A DNA stretch of 64,000 nt from Bacteroidales bacterium (GTDB lineage: Bacteria; Bacteroidota; Bacteroidia; Bacteroidales; WCHB1-69). Shown here one piece after another: positions 45,871 to 56,400 of the stretch. The first letter of the stretch is position 1. Each line of letters starts with the position of its first letter. The notes beneath the pieces were generated by a model. That model saw nothing but the letters and a program-made list of their open reading frames with translations, was not told the origin of the DNA and did no database searches. The DNA is taken from the NCBI GenBank assembly GCA_024685175.1, contig JAIKWD010000021.1, positions 7,192 to 71,191 on the forward strand, written 5' to 3'. A program made the translations under genes and the position numbers.

Positions 45871-47466
45871 CTATTTCTCGAATTTGGTTGCCACTTCTTT
45901 GCAGGCCTCTTGCAGTTTCTGCATGATGTCATCATCGATTTTGCCGGCTTTCAAGGTGTCCAGCACGTCTTGATGGTATTCATGCATGTGGTGCAAGAAT
46001 GATGTCTCGAAATTGCGGATGTCGGCGATAGGGATCTTCTGAAGTAATCCTTTAGAGCCGCAGAAAATAATAGCCACTTGCTCTTCCACCTTGTAGGGGG
46101 TGTACTGAGGTTGCTTAAGGATTTCCACATTACGAGCGCCTTTGTCGAGTACAAATTGGGCGGCAGCATCCACGTCAGAACCGAACTTGGCAAAGGATTC
46201 CATCTCGCGGTATTGGGCTTGGTCGAGTTTCAACGTACCGGCCACCTTCTTCATGGACTTAAGTTGAGCGTTACTACCCACACGGGATACGGAGATACCG
46301 ACGTTGATAGCGGGGCGTACGCCAGCATTGAACAAGGAGGTCTCCAAGAAAATCTGGCCATCGGTGATGGAGATCACGTTGGTGGGGATGTAGGCTGACA
46401 CGTCACCGGCTTGTGTCTCGATGATTGGCAGAGCGGTAAGGGAACCGCCACCTTTTACTTTGGGTTTGAGCACTTCGGGCAGGTCGTTCATTTGAGCGGC
46501 AATCTCGTCGGATTCGATGATTTTGGCCGCTCTTTCGAGCAGTCGGGAGTGCAAATAGAACACGTCGCCAGGATATGCTTCACGTCCGGGCGGACGACGG
46601 AGCAGCAGGGAGACCTCACGGTAGGCTACGGCTTGCTTTGACAAGTCATCGTAGATGATGAGGGCGCTGCGGCCAGTGTCGCGGAAATATTCGCCGATGG
46701 CTGCACCGGCAAAGGGAGCGTAGAACTGCATAGCGGCAGCTTCGGAGGCTGTTGCCGTGACCACGATGGTGTAAGGCATAGCGCCGTGCTCGGTGAGCGT
46801 CTTGACCAAAGCAGCTACGGAAGAACCTTTTTGGCCAACGGCCACGTATATGCAATAAACAGGCTTGCCCTGCTCGTAAAACTCTTTTTGGTTAATGATG
46901 GTGTCAATGGCGATAGCGGTTTTGCCCGTCTGACGGTCGCCAATGATGAGCTCACGTTGACCGCGACCGATGGGGATCATGGCATCCACGGCTTTGAGAC
47001 CGGTCTGCAACGGCTCTTTCACAGGTTGACGATAGATGACGCCAGGAGCTTTGCGCTCAATGGGCATTTCGAATAATTCTCCCTCAATAGGTCCTTTGCC
47101 ATCGATAGGCTCGCCAAGCGTGTTGATGACACGTCCAAGGAGGCCTTCACCTACACGGATGGATGCAATACGTCCGGTACGCTTGCAAATATCCCCTTCA
47201 TTAAGGCTCTTGGAATCACCAAGAAGCACAACGCCGACATTGTCTTCCTCGAGGTTAAGTGCGATGCCGGTGACAGTCTCGCCACCTGCTTGCGTTTCAA
47301 AGGTGACCAACTCGCCGGAACGGACATTTTGCATGCCATAAACACGCGCAATGCCGTCGCCGACCAATAACACAGTGCCGGTTTCCGACATTTCGGTGCT
47401 CAAGTCGAGATGCTGCAGCTGTTGGCGCAGGATGGATGTTACTTCTGAGGGCTTTATTTCTGACAT
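45871..47466 (-). CDS. atpA: F0F1 ATP synthase alpha subunit
   Basis: Walker [16 protein letters not shown], plus [21 protein letters not shown]. Confidence 0.95.
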   Translation of the reverse strand: MSEIKPSEVTSILRQQLQHLDLSTEMSETGTVLLVGDGIARVYGMQNVRSGELVTFETQAGGETVTGIALNLEEDNVGVVLLGDSKSLNEGDICKRTGRIASIRVGEGLLGRVINTLGEPIDGKGPIEGELFEMPIERKAPGVIYRQPVKEPLQTGLKAVDAMIPIGRGQRELIIGDRQTGKTAIAIDTIINQKEFYEQGKPVYCIYVAVGQKGSSVAALVKTLTEHGAMPYTIVVTATASEAAAMQFYAPFAGAAIGEYFRDTGRSALIIYDDLSKQAVAYREVSLLLRRPPGREAYPGDVFYLHSRLLERAAKIIESDEIAAQMNDLPEVLKPKVKGGGSLTALPIIETQAGDVSAYIPTNVISITDGQIFLETSLFNAGVRPAINVGISVSRVGSNAQLKSMKKVAGTLKLDQAQYREMESFAKFGSDVDAAAQFVLDKGARNVEILKQPQYTPYKVEEQVAIIFCGSKGLLQKIPIADIRNFETSFLHHMHEYHQDVLDTLKAGKIDDDIMQKLQEACKEVATKFEK

Positions 47467-47488
47467 ATTGTTATTTAAGATTAATAGT

Positions 47489-48046
47489 TTAAAAATTCAC
47501 TTGATAAATATTGTGGGCAAATTCGTCGCGAAGACGGTTTAACTTGGCTATGATGCTGGCATCCAGATAGTAGTCGTCCATCTTGATGCGGAAACCTCCG
47601 ATGATGTCAGGTTGAACAACCTCGTGAATGTCAATGGTGTAGCCGGTTTTGTCGGCCAATAAATCGCGTATATTGCCCACCAACTCTTCGCTTAGGGGAG
47701 TGGCGGAAGTCAACGTTACCACCTTAATGTGGTGGTAGTCGTTGTAGTATTTAAGAAACTCGTCACAAATGACAGCCAAAGCCGGCTCACGTTTTTTGCG
47801 AATGATGACGTCGAGGAACATGAAGGTCGTCTCGCTGAGCTGATCGCGAAACACGTTGCCGAAAAGAACATGTTTTTTTGCCGGTGGGATAACAGGACTG
47901 TTGAGCACCGCTTGCAACTGTGAGTCTTCTTTGAGTGCCGCACGCAACAAGGCAAGGTCTTTGTTAACGACTTCAAGCTGTTCTTTCTCGATAGCGAAGT
48001 CATACAATGCCTTGGCGTAGCGGTTGGATAACTTAGGGTTTTTCAT
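47489..48046 (-). CDS. atpH: F0F1 ATP synthase delta (OSCP) subunit
   Basis: 185 aa. [12 protein letters not shown]...[24 protein letters not shown] is a typical OSCP pattern. Confidence 0.85.
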   Translation of the reverse strand: MKNPKLSNRYAKALYDFAIEKEQLEVVNKDLALLRAALKEDSQLQAVLNSPVIPPAKKHVLFGNVFRDQLSETTFMFLDVIIRKKREPALAVICDEFLKYYNDYHHIKVVTLTSATPLSEELVGNIRDLLADKTGYTIDIHEVVQPDIIGGFRIKMDDYYLDASIIAKLNRLRDEFAHNIYQVNF

Positions 48047-48064
48047 CTCTTTTCTTTAAGGCTG

Positions 48065-48072
48065 CAAAGATA
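48065..48072 (-). promoter_or_regulatory. -7 box TATCTTTG directly upstream of atpH
   Basis: CAAAGATA on the + strand, ~20 nt upstream of the atpH start at 48046. Confidence 0.45.
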
Positions 48073-48116
48073 ATAAAAATGAGTGGTCCTGCGATGCCTT
48101 GCCGACACGTTTTTTA

Positions 48117-48671
48117 TTAAAATTTGCGGCTGCCGGGTTTAACATAGGGGATGCCCTTCTTGCAAAGCGGACAATCATCGGCTTCCCAGCTCTGGATGTC
48201 TAGTTTGGTGGCACTATAGATGGGGTAGGGAAAGGAACCTGCACTGCGGTCTGCCAAGCAGGCCACGCCGATGACTTCTGCCCCGAAGGACTTGAGCACC
48301 TCGATGGTCTCAAGCGACGACTTGCCCGTAGTGACCACGTCTTCGGTGATGAGGAGCTTTTGGCCGGGCTTCACTTCAAAACCACGACGCAGGCACATCT
48401 GATTGTCCACACGCTCTGTGAAGATGGCGGGAACACCCAGTTGGCGGCCTAATTCATAGGCTACAATGATGCCGCCCATGGCCGGCCCTACTACCATGTC
48501 AATAGGCAGATCTTTGACCTGCTCCGTTATGACGGAGATGACCCTTTCCGCACGGTCTGGATATTGCAAGAGTTTAGCACATTGGCAGTAACGGTCGCTA
48601 TGGCGACCAGAAGAGAGTAGAAAATGACCTTCCAACAAGGCCTCGGATTGTTTTAGTTCATCTATTACCAT
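48117..48671 (-). CDS. pyrE: orotate phosphoribosyltransferase
   Basis: [11 protein letters not shown] and the PRPP motif [14 protein letters not shown]. Confidence 0.9.
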   Translation of the reverse strand: MVIDELKQSEALLEGHFLLSSGRHSDRYCQCAKLLQYPDRAERVISVITEQVKDLPIDMVVGPAMGGIIVAYELGRQLGVPAIFTERVDNQMCLRRGFEVKPGQKLLITEDVVTTGKSSLETIEVLKSFGAEVIGVACLADRSAGSFPYPIYSATKLDIQSWEADDCPLCKKGIPYVKPGSRKF

Positions 48672-48694
48672 AATGATTTTTTATAAAAAGCGCG

Positions 48695-48721
48695 CAAAGA
48701 TAAAAAAAATCATTATTTTTG
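48695..48721. promoter_or_regulatory. divergent promoter pair: TATCTTTG (pyrE, minus) and TATTTTTG (dnaN, plus)
   Basis: CAAAGATA at 48695-48702 and TATTTTTG at 48714-48721, in the 86-nt pyrE-dnaN spacer. Confidence 0.45.
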
Positions 48722-48757
48722 CACCTTGAATTTAAATGAAATTTAAAATAAAGCAAT

Positions 48758-49888
48758 ATGAAATTTATCGTATCCCGTGACGTACTTTACCGTAACTTGA
48801 GCGCTATCAGCGGTGTGATGAGCACCAACGCCTCATTGCCCATTCTTGACAATGTGTTGATGACCATTGCCGGTAATCAACTTAAACTCACCGCCTCTGA
48901 TTCCGAGTCTACTATGACCGCAGTCATTGACCTGACGGACGTGGAAGGCGAAGGCTCCGTGGCTGTGCCTGCCAAGATTCTGATTGAAACCCTCAAGCTG
49001 ATTCCCGAAACCCCTATCAATTTCTTCATCAACGAAGAAACCCGTACGGTGAATTTCAAGGCTGCGAACGGCGACTACGATGCGCCATGCTTCCCGGGCG
49101 ATGAATATCCTCAAATCAATGAGATTCAGAATCCTAATTCCTTTGATATTGAGGCCCCCATTCTCCAACGTGCCATTGGCAAAACCATGTTCGCCGCTGG
49201 TAACGATGAACTCAGACCTAATATGATGGGCGTCCTTTGCGAATTGTCAAGCGATTGCATTACTTTTGTGGCTACGGATGCCCATAAGCTTGTGCGCTAT
49301 CGTAATACGAAAGTGACCTCAAGCGACTTTACTTCTTTCATATTGCCGAAGAAACCGATCGCTCACCTTAAGAATATCCTCTCCGGCATTAACGGTGATG
49401 TTCATGTTGAATACTCAAAAGAGACCAACCATATCCGTTTCTCCTTCGATAATTTGGTGCTTTACGCTCTTCTCAAGGAAGGTAAGTATCCTAACTATGA
49501 GGCCGTTATTCCCAAGGAGAACCCAAAGGCTCTCGTTGTGTCTCGTGAGGAGTTCCTCAAGTCTATTCGACGTGTGGGTATCTATTCCAACCAGTCAACG
49601 TTCCAGGTCCGTATCTCTTTGTCTGAGGATATGACCAGTATCACGGCAGAGGATATGGACTACTCTAACAAAGCTGTTGAGAATATTGCTGGCGAATATA
49701 CAGGCAAGGCTATGGAGATTGGTTTCAACTCAAGGTTCTTGCGTGAAATGCTCGAAAATATGGACTCCGACCAGATTCGTCTGGAGATGTCCGAGCCTAA
49801 CCACGCCGCCTTGATTCTGCCTACGGAAGATTTTGACGAGAATGAAAACCTTCTCATGCTCATCATGCCCGTAATGCTGAATTACTAA
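48758..49888 (+). CDS. dnaN: DNA polymerase III beta sliding clamp
   Basis: MKFIVSRDVLYRNLSAISGVMSTNASLPILDNVLM...LMLIMPVMLN. Confidence 0.9.
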   Translation: MKFIVSRDVLYRNLSAISGVMSTNASLPILDNVLMTIAGNQLKLTASDSESTMTAVIDLTDVEGEGSVAVPAKILIETLKLIPETPINFFINEETRTVNFKAANGDYDAPCFPGDEYPQINEIQNPNSFDIEAPILQRAIGKTMFAAGNDELRPNMMGVLCELSSDCITFVATDAHKLVRYRNTKVTSSDFTSFILPKKPIAHLKNILSGINGDVHVEYSKETNHIRFSFDNLVLYALLKEGKYPNYEAVIPKENPKALVVSREEFLKSIRRVGIYSNQSTFQVRISLSEDMTSITAEDMDYSNKAVENIAGEYTGKAMEIGFNSRFLREMLENMDSDQIRLEMSEPNHAALILPTEDFDENENLLMLIMPVMLNY

Positions 49889-49913
49889 TCAGTCGTTTTT
49901 ATTATTGATTTTG

Positions 49914-50249
49914 AAGGGAAAACCGGGTTGTCGCTGCCGCAGCAATGCGGGAGAGGAAAGTCCGGGCAACATAGAGCACCATACTTCCTAACGGGAAGGC
50001 ATCGCAAGGTGACAGATAGTGCCACAGAAAATATACCGCCTGCAAGGGTAAGGGTGAAAACGCGAGGTAAGAGCTCACGACACTGGCAGTGATGTCAGCG
50101 GAGGTAAACCTTATGGGTTGAAAAACCAAATAAACCGCGGCTTGAGGGCTGCTCGTCCGACTCGGAGGGTAGGTTGATTGAGACTTGTGGCGACACAAGC
50201 CCTAGATAAATGGCAACCGATTACAGAACCCGGCTTATAGGTTTTCCTG
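49914..50249 (+). ncRNA. rnpB: RNase P RNA (bacterial type A)
   Basis: Universal P4 element GAGGAAAGTCCGGGC and its 3' partner ACAGAACCCGGCTTA. A P1 helix pairs GGGAAAACC (49916-49924) with GGTTTTCC (50240-50247). The minus-strand ORF 49902..50198 is therefore spurious. Confidence 0.85.
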
Positions 50250-50255
50250 AATACA

Positions 50256-50282
50256 ACGGACGCAATAGCGTCCGTTTTTTTT
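50256..50282 (+). terminator. Rho-independent terminator downstream of rnpB
   Basis: ACGGACGC-AATA-GCGTCCGT hairpin followed by a T-run. Confidence 0.7.
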
Positions 50283-50649
50283 ACCACCTCGGCTTGAATG
50301 CATCCGGTATGTGCCGGACCTCCCCGTCGGGATTGCTCCCCAATATCACCGACAAGATGTCGAACCGCACCTCCTTCGTGATGTTGAACTTGGTGATGTA
50401 CGCCGCCGCCGCCCGTATCAGGTTGCGCTGCTTCTGCACCGTGACGAACTCCTCCGGCTCCCCGAAGACGTTGCTCTTCCGCGTCTTCACCTCGACAATG
50501 ACCAGAAAGTCGTTGTTCGTAGCGATGATGTCCACTTCCAGATGCCCTATCCTCCAATTCCGTGCCAAAATTGTGTAACCGTTGTCGGTAAGATACGCTA
50601 CGGCTAAATCCTCGCCGCTCTGCCCCTTTTCTTGCTTTTCTGTTTTCAT
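50281..50649 (-). CDS. YraN family (UPF0102) endonuclease-like protein
   Basis: GEDLAVAYLTDNGYTILARNWRIGHLEVDIIA...VIVEVKTR is the typical YraN core. Confidence 0.8.
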   Translation of the reverse strand: MKTEKQEKGQSGEDLAVAYLTDNGYTILARNWRIGHLEVDIIATNNDFLVIVEVKTRKSNVFGEPEEFVTVQKQRNLIRAAAAYITKFNITKEVRFDILSVILGSNPDGEVRHIPDAFKPRW

Positions 50650-50758
50650 CGTTCTTTTGTATATGGATTAATTTTTTTTGCAAAAATATAAAAATAATTA
50701 AAATAAATGTAAATAATTAATTGTATTTTTGCGCAAACTTTGAAAACATTACAAGACT

Positions 50759-52048
50759 ATGACAGAGGCCTTTTTGCACTATCTATGGAAGAATAGATTG
50801 TTCCATTCCCTGAATTTGAAAACAACAGATGGGGAACCTTTGAAAATCATTTTCCCGGGTTATCACAACACTGATGCCGGCCCGGATTTCAAACAAGCCA
50901 TTGTCCAAATAGGCGACTTGCGGTGGGCGGGCGATGTGGAGATCCATATTCGCAGTTCCGATTGGTACAGGCATGGGCATCAGCACGACGACAAATATTT
51001 GTCGGTGGCGTTGCACGTCGTGTACGAGCACGATTGCGAGGTGGAGCGGAAAAAAGGGGAGCCCTTTTCCACGTTGGAATTGAAGGACCGTATTCCACAC
51101 GATATGCTCCGACAATACGAGAACTTGGTGGGTTCCCCTTTGCGATTGCCTTGTGAACCGCTTTTGGATCAGATAGACCCGCTGCAATTCCGTGCTCTTC
51201 AGTCGACAATGTTGGTCCAGCGCCTTTTGCGCAAGCAGAAGCATATCTTGGACATCGTCCGGGAGTGCGATGGCGATTGGAAGGAGGCGATGTTCCGACT
51301 ATTGGCCGTGGGCTTCGGCTTCAAGACCAACACCGATGCGTTCGAATTGATGGCCAAGAGCTTGCCTTACAAAGTGGTGGCCAAGCACTCCGATTCAGCG
51401 GTGCAGACCGCCGCTTTGGTCTTCGGACAGGCCGGAATGTTGCAAAAGAATGAACAGGACGACTATTATAATGCCCTTAAGGGTGAGTACGACTATCTGC
51501 GATACAAATACCAACTAATCCCGATTGGCGAGCGGCACTGGAACCTGTTGCGCTTGCGACCGTCCAATTTCCCGTGTGTGCGTCTGGCACAGTTCGCGGC
51601 GCTGTTGCACAAGGTGCCGGACCTTTCGACGGAATGTTTGCGGCATCCATCTACGACCTATCTGAAGGATATTATGTCTGTTTCGGCTGATCCCTATTGG
51701 AAGAATCACTATCATTTTGGCAAAAAGACGATTTTGCCACACGGCGTCGCTCTTGGCGATGCAGCCCTTTCATTGTTGATTGTCAACGTGATAGTCCCTT
51801 TTTTGTTTGCCTATCAACGCTTTTCGGGCGAAGAAACCAAACTGGAAGAACTAGTCTCAATGTTGGACAACCTGCCGTTCGAAGACAATAAAAAAACGCG
51901 GATTTTCAAAACCACGCCATTTCCAATGCAAAGTGCCTCCGATTCGCAGGCGTTGTTAGAACTCTTTCAGTTTTATTGTATGACCAAACATTGCCTCGAC
52001 TGTTCGGTAGGAGAATGTCTGGTGCGAAACCGAGGCAGAAAGAAGTAG
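50759..52048 (+). CDS. DUF2851 family protein
   Basis: FLHYLWKNRLF...GYHNTDAGPDFKQA...GDVEIHIRSSDWYRHGH is the characteristic DUF2851 N-terminus. Confidence 0.7.
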   Translation: MTEAFLHYLWKNRLFHSLNLKTTDGEPLKIIFPGYHNTDAGPDFKQAIVQIGDLRWAGDVEIHIRSSDWYRHGHQHDDKYLSVALHVVYEHDCEVERKKGEPFSTLELKDRIPHDMLRQYENLVGSPLRLPCEPLLDQIDPLQFRALQSTMLVQRLLRKQKHILDIVRECDGDWKEAMFRLLAVGFGFKTNTDAFELMAKSLPYKVVAKHSDSAVQTAALVFGQAGMLQKNEQDDYYNALKGEYDYLRYKYQLIPIGERHWNLLRLRPSNFPCVRLAQFAALLHKVPDLSTECLRHPSTTYLKDIMSVSADPYWKNHYHFGKKTILPHGVALGDAALSLLIVNVIVPFLFAYQRFSGEETKLEELVSMLDNLPFEDNKKTRIFKTTPFPMQSASDSQALLELFQFYCMTKHCLDCSVGECLVRNRGRKK

Positions 52049-52080
52049 GAGCATTTGAAAGTCGAAGTCTGGAATTTGCT

Positions 52081-53424
52081 TTATAGCATTCCCAAAATTC
52101 CCACCATTCTGTCGATGTCGCCGGCGCCGATGGTGAGCAGCACTTCGGGGCGGTGCGTCTGCAAGTAAGGCAGCAATTCGTCTTTGGTCAACACTCGTTT
52201 GTTGGAATTGGCAATGAGTGACAACAGATACTCGGACGTGATGCCGGGGATGGGCTTTTCGCGGGCGGGATAGATAGGCAGCAAGATGACCTCATCCAGT
52301 TGCGAAAGCACTGCAGCGAACTGCGTTGCAAAGTCGCGCGTGCGACTGTAAAGATGTGGCTGGAAGACGACGCAAATCTTCTTGTTCGGGTAGGTCTTGC
52401 GCACGCTGGTGATAAAAGAGTTCATCTCTGCTGGGTGGTGAGCATAGTCATCAATATAAATGAAGTCTTCGCGGTCGACGATATAGTCGAAACGTCGCTT
52501 CACGCCGGAGAATGTGGCGAGTTTGTCGGCAATCTGTGCTTCGGACAAGTCGAAAAGGTTCGGTTTTTGCAGGTTGAACTCAAGAAGTGCGGCCACGGCA
52601 GCCGTGGCGTTGAGTACATTGTATGTCCCGTTGGCGTGTAGTACCAACCCGTTCAGTCTACCATTGGGAGTTTGGATGTCGAACTGCGCCTGATTGGGCC
52701 CCATTGTGAGGTTGACGGCGCGATAGTCGGCTCCTTCATTGAAGCCGTATGTCACTTTGTGCGGATGTTCGATTTCTTTGGCCACGCTTTCTTCTACAAC
52801 GGCGATTTGCGATTGGCTGGCATATTGTTGGAAGGCGGCCACGAGATTGTCGCGGTTGCCGTATATGTCGAGATGGTCGGCGTCCATAGAGGTGATGATG
52901 GCAACGGTGGGGTGCAAGGTGAGGAAGGAACGGTCATATTCGTCGGCTTCTGCCACGGCCATACGGGGGGTGCTCCCCAGCACCAAGTTGTCGTCGAAGT
53001 TTTTGGCGATGCCTCCGATAAAGCCGGCAATGCTGACCTCCGGCGCAAGCAAATGGGACACCATAGAGGTGGTGGTGGTCTTGCCGTGCGTGCCGGCCAC
53101 GGCAACGGACGGCATCTTCTCGGTAATCATCCCCAACACCTGTGAACGCTTGTATAACGGGATGTTATGCTCAACGATGTATTGAAACTCCTCATTGCTG
53201 CGAGGTACGGCAGGCGTGTATACCACAAAGTCGACGTCTTCGGGGATGTGTCGGCTGTCGTCGTCGAAATGGATGACGGCACCTTTGCGGGTCAACATCT
53301 CGGTTATGGGCGAGGCAGTGAGGTCATAGCCGTAGACCTCGTCGCCTTCTGCAAGAAAATATTGGGCCAGGGCGCTCATCCCAATGCCACCGATGCCGAG
53401 AAAATAGAGTCTTTTACTTTTCAT
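52081..53424 (-). CDS. murC: UDP-N-acetylmuramate--L-alanine ligase (MurC family)
   Basis: YFLGIGGIGMSALAQYFLAEG, GTHGKTTTTSM, DADHLDIY. Confidence 0.8.
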   Translation of the reverse strand: MKSKRLYFLGIGGIGMSALAQYFLAEGDEVYGYDLTASPITEMLTRKGAVIHFDDDSRHIPEDVDFVVYTPAVPRSNEEFQYIVEHNIPLYKRSQVLGMITEKMPSVAVAGTHGKTTTTSMVSHLLAPEVSIAGFIGGIAKNFDDNLVLGSTPRMAVAEADEYDRSFLTLHPTVAIITSMDADHLDIYGNRDNLVAAFQQYASQSQIAVVEESVAKEIEHPHKVTYGFNEGADYRAVNLTMGPNQAQFDIQTPNGRLNGLVLHANGTYNVLNATAAVAALLEFNLQKPNLFDLSEAQIADKLATFSGVKRRFDYIVDREDFIYIDDYAHHPAEMNSFITSVRKTYPNKKICVVFQPHLYSRTRDFATQFAAVLSQLDEVILLPIYPAREKPIPGITSEYLLSLIANSNKRVLTKDELLPYLQTHRPEVLLTIGAGDIDRMVGILGML

Positions 53425-55426
53425 AGATCAAAAAAACGGTTCTTCGGTTCTTAGCCCTGCCGCTTGCCGTGTTGTTGTCCGCTATGGGCTGGCTCTCGCC
53501 ATAACCCTTGTAGCGCAGCCGGTCGGCGGGTATGCCCTTGCCGACAACATAGTCGTACACCGACTTGGCACGTTGCTCCGACAACTTTTGGTTGGCCTCG
53601 TCGTTGCCGACGTTGTCGGTGTGGCCTTGTATCTCCACTTTAACTGTAGGATTGTCTTTTAGGAACTCAATGAACAACTCCACTACGACCCTTGAGGCTC
53701 GGGTGAGCGTATAGGAGTTGGTCTCGTAATAGATATCGCGCAGGTCGCATACCTTGCCCGTCTCTATGGCCTTGATCTCTGTGTTTTTGGTCACGACGGA
53801 GGAGTCCATCTGCTCCGGCGTGATGACGTGCGAGTCGAAGGAGTGTCCCTCTTTGCGGATGGTCACGATGACGGGCTGCGGGTCTTCCTTCTTGACTTCC
53901 GTGGCCACGGCGTAGTTGCCGCTATGTGTGCTGACCACACCGGTGGCGATCACCTTGGTGGCCGTATCCCGGATCTCCACCACTGCACCTTCCAAGTCTC
54001 CGTCGTCGGCGGTAACCTTGCCCTTGACAATCATCATCACGTGCGGGCGCGCCGCCTCATAAAGCTCGAATTCGTAGATATTCCAGTCTTTGTTCTCGAT
54101 ATTGTTGGAAGAGAAATAGCCGGTCTTGCCGTCCAAGCTGACGAAAAAGTCCACTTCATCATTCTCTGAATTGATGGGATATCCGATGTTGGTCGGCTGG
54201 GTCCATCGGTTTTTGTCGTCCAGTTTCGAGAAGAAGATGTCCTGTCCGCCCATTCCGTCGTGTCCGGCAGAGGAGAAATATAGCGTTTTGCTATCGGTGT
54301 GCAGGAAAGGGGAACGCTCGTTCTGGTCTGTGTTGATGGTTGGGCCGAGGTTGACGGGCTTGCGCCACGTGCCGTCGCTGTTGCGTTGCGAGATCCATAG
54401 GTCTGAACCACCGTATGAACCGGGACGGTCCGAAGCGAAAAAGAGCACTTTGCCGTCCGAACTCAAAGAGGCTTGCGATTCCCACGAGTCGGGTCGGTTG
54501 ATGTTGGGCCCCAACGATTTGGGTTCCGTCCATTCGTCATCGATGAACTCGGAATAGTACAGGTCGTAGTTGTAATAGCCCTGTGTCGAGACCAATTTGG
54601 TGAAGATGAGCAGGTCGTTGGTGATGTTGACGGTCGGGCTGCCTTCGCTTTGCGACTGGTTGAAAGGGTGGGGCAGTGGATCGCCGACTCCGAAGCGTCC
54701 CGCTTTCTTGCGGCTGGTGGAGAAAAACTCTTTGTTGATCTTTTCACCATGGCTGAAAGGGCTATTGTCCACCACCTCTTTTCTGCGGGTGAAATAAAAA
54801 TGTTCCCCGTCGGGCGATAGAGTGCCCAGATATTCGTCAGCGGGCGTGGAGATGCCGCTTACGGGCTTTGGATCGAAAGGCACGGGATGGTTGAGGATGT
54901 TGTCATAGAATCGGGCTTTGCGGATGAGCAACTGGGCCTCGCCCAACTTGGCGGTGTCTTTCGGGGCACTAAACAAATCGGGATTCTCCACGATGATGGA
55001 AGCGAATTTGATGGCCTCGGCGAAGTCTTCGTTGAAATACGCCAATCGAGCGGCATAGAGGTTGCAATGCGGTCGGTGGTATGGACAGACCTGGTACATC
55101 CGGTTGAATGCCGCCATCGCCTTGCGGTAGTCGGACTTGTCTTGCGTCTTGGCCTGATATCGGTTGGCTTCAATGGGCAAATAGTAGCTGAGCGCATAAT
55201 AGTAGTTGACGTCCAGATATTCGGGATGATCCTCGATGATCTCGTCGTAGATTTCCAGCGCTTCCGCCTTCTTGCCGCTTTTTTGCAGTTCACGAGCTTT
55301 CTTGAAGAGTTTCTCGCTGTTTTTGTCCATCTGCTGTTGGCACGGATCATCATCCTGCGCAAAAGATACGCAGGCAAAACTCGTGAAAACAGCGAGCAAA
55401 AGCCAGCCGAGACCCCATCTTTTCAT
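53414..55426 (-). CDS. OmpA family protein with TPR and TolB-like WD40 beta-propeller repeats
   Basis: Signal peptide. Repeated S-P-x-x-x-D-G-x-x-L-x-F-x-S blocks. The C-terminal OmpA domain has IQGHTDNVGNDEANQKLSEQRAKSV. Confidence 0.8.
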   Translation of the reverse strand: MKRWGLGWLLLAVFTSFACVSFAQDDDPCQQQMDKNSEKLFKKARELQKSGKKAEALEIYDEIIEDHPEYLDVNYYYALSYYLPIEANRYQAKTQDKSDYRKAMAAFNRMYQVCPYHRPHCNLYAARLAYFNEDFAEAIKFASIIVENPDLFSAPKDTAKLGEAQLLIRKARFYDNILNHPVPFDPKPVSGISTPADEYLGTLSPDGEHFYFTRRKEVVDNSPFSHGEKINKEFFSTSRKKAGRFGVGDPLPHPFNQSQSEGSPTVNITNDLLIFTKLVSTQGYYNYDLYYSEFIDDEWTEPKSLGPNINRPDSWESQASLSSDGKVLFFASDRPGSYGGSDLWISQRNSDGTWRKPVNLGPTINTDQNERSPFLHTDSKTLYFSSAGHDGMGGQDIFFSKLDDKNRWTQPTNIGYPINSENDEVDFFVSLDGKTGYFSSNNIENKDWNIYEFELYEAARPHVMMIVKGKVTADDGDLEGAVVEIRDTATKVIATGVVSTHSGNYAVATEVKKEDPQPVIVTIRKEGHSFDSHVITPEQMDSSVVTKNTEIKAIETGKVCDLRDIYYETNSYTLTRASRVVVELFIEFLKDNPTVKVEIQGHTDNVGNDEANQKLSEQRAKSVYDYVVGKGIPADRLRYKGYGESQPIADNNTASGRAKNRRTVFLIYEK

Positions 55427-55458
55427 ATCGCTAACTGCGAATCACTATCAGCTAATGG

Positions 55459-56241
55459 CTAATTCTCTTTCAATACGGTCTCCCCAGCCTCGATGATCTT
55501 GAAAAAGTCTTCGGACTTCAGGGATGCGCCACCGATGAGACCACCGTCCACGTCTTGTTGGGAGAAGAGTTCGAGGGCGTTCTTGGCGTTACAGCTGCCA
55601 CCGTACAGGATGTAGGTGTTGACGGCCATCTCGGTGCCGAATTTTTTCTCTATGAGGGAACGGATGAAGGCGAGCATCTCTTGGGCTTGGGCGGGAGTGG
55701 CCGTTTCGCCCGTGCCGATGGCCCAAATGGGTTCGTAAGCGATGATGACGCGCTCCATCTGCTCGTGCGTTAGCGTGTAGAGCGTTTCCTCAATCTGTTT
55801 TTGTACAACCTCAAAGTGCTTTCCAGACTTGCGCTCGTCAAGAGACTCGCCGCAGCACATCACAGGTACGATGTCGTTGGCTAAAAGACGAAGCATCTTC
55901 TTGAGCACGATGTCATTGGTCTCGCCAAAATACTTGCGCCTTTCGGAGTGGCCTATGATGCAAAAAGAAACATTCATCGATGCCAACATCTCGGCGGACA
56001 CTTCGCCAGTGTAAGCCCCGTTCTCATATTCGCTGACGTTCTGTACACCAGCATAGAATTGACTCTCTTCCAGGTCTGCGTGGTCGGTGACCAACTCGGC
56101 GTATACCAATGGTGGACAAAGCACGACCTCCGTCTCGAAGTTGAAATCGGCCAACTTTTCTTCTATTTCGGTGATGAGTTCTTCGGCCTCGTCGAAGTTC
56201 TTGTTCATTTTCCAGTTACCAATGACAATTTTAGGTTTCAT
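55459..56241 (-). CDS. tpiA: triose-phosphate isomerase
   Basis: IVIGNWKMN, IIGHSERR, YEPIWAIGTG. Confidence 0.95.
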   Translation of the reverse strand: MKPKIVIGNWKMNKNFDEAEELITEIEEKLADFNFETEVVLCPPLVYAELVTDHADLEESQFYAGVQNVSEYENGAYTGEVSAEMLASMNVSFCIIGHSERRKYFGETNDIVLKKMLRLLANDIVPVMCCGESLDERKSGKHFEVVQKQIEETLYTLTHEQMERVIIAYEPIWAIGTGETATPAQAQEMLAFIRSLIEKKFGTEMAVNTYILYGGSCNAKNALELFSQQDVDGGLIGGASLKSEDFFKIIEAGETVLKEN

Positions 56242-56283
56242 AAGAATGTGATTTTATGGATTATTATTAATATTCAAAGTTTG

Positions 56284-56291
56284 CAAAGATA
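56284..56291 (-). promoter_or_regulatory. -7 box TATCTTTG (tpiA)
   Basis: CAAAGATA on the + strand, ~43 nt upstream of the start at 56241. Confidence 0.45.
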
Positions 56292-56300
56292 CAAAATTTA

Positions 56301-56400
56301 GTGGTCAGTGTTCAGTTGTCAGTCATTAGTTGTTAGTCGTTAGTCATTAGTTGGTCATGAATCATAATTAAGTCTCATTCCTAATCCCTAATTTCTAACT
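56301..56400. repeat. word repeats (GTCAGT / TTAGTCATTAGTT, then TCATTCCTAATCC-type)
   Basis: gtggtcagtgttcagttgtcagtcattagttgttagtcgttagtcattagttggtcatg ... tctcattcctaatccctaatttctaact. Shares tcagttgtcag and gtggtcagt with 728-755, and ttagtcattagtt with 8733-8746. Confidence 0.8.

Noticed and set aside
48672-48757. Replication origin next to dnaN
   Set aside because: dnaA is not adjacent, and I saw no cluster of TTATCCACA-type DnaA boxes in this spacer or elsewhere in the window.
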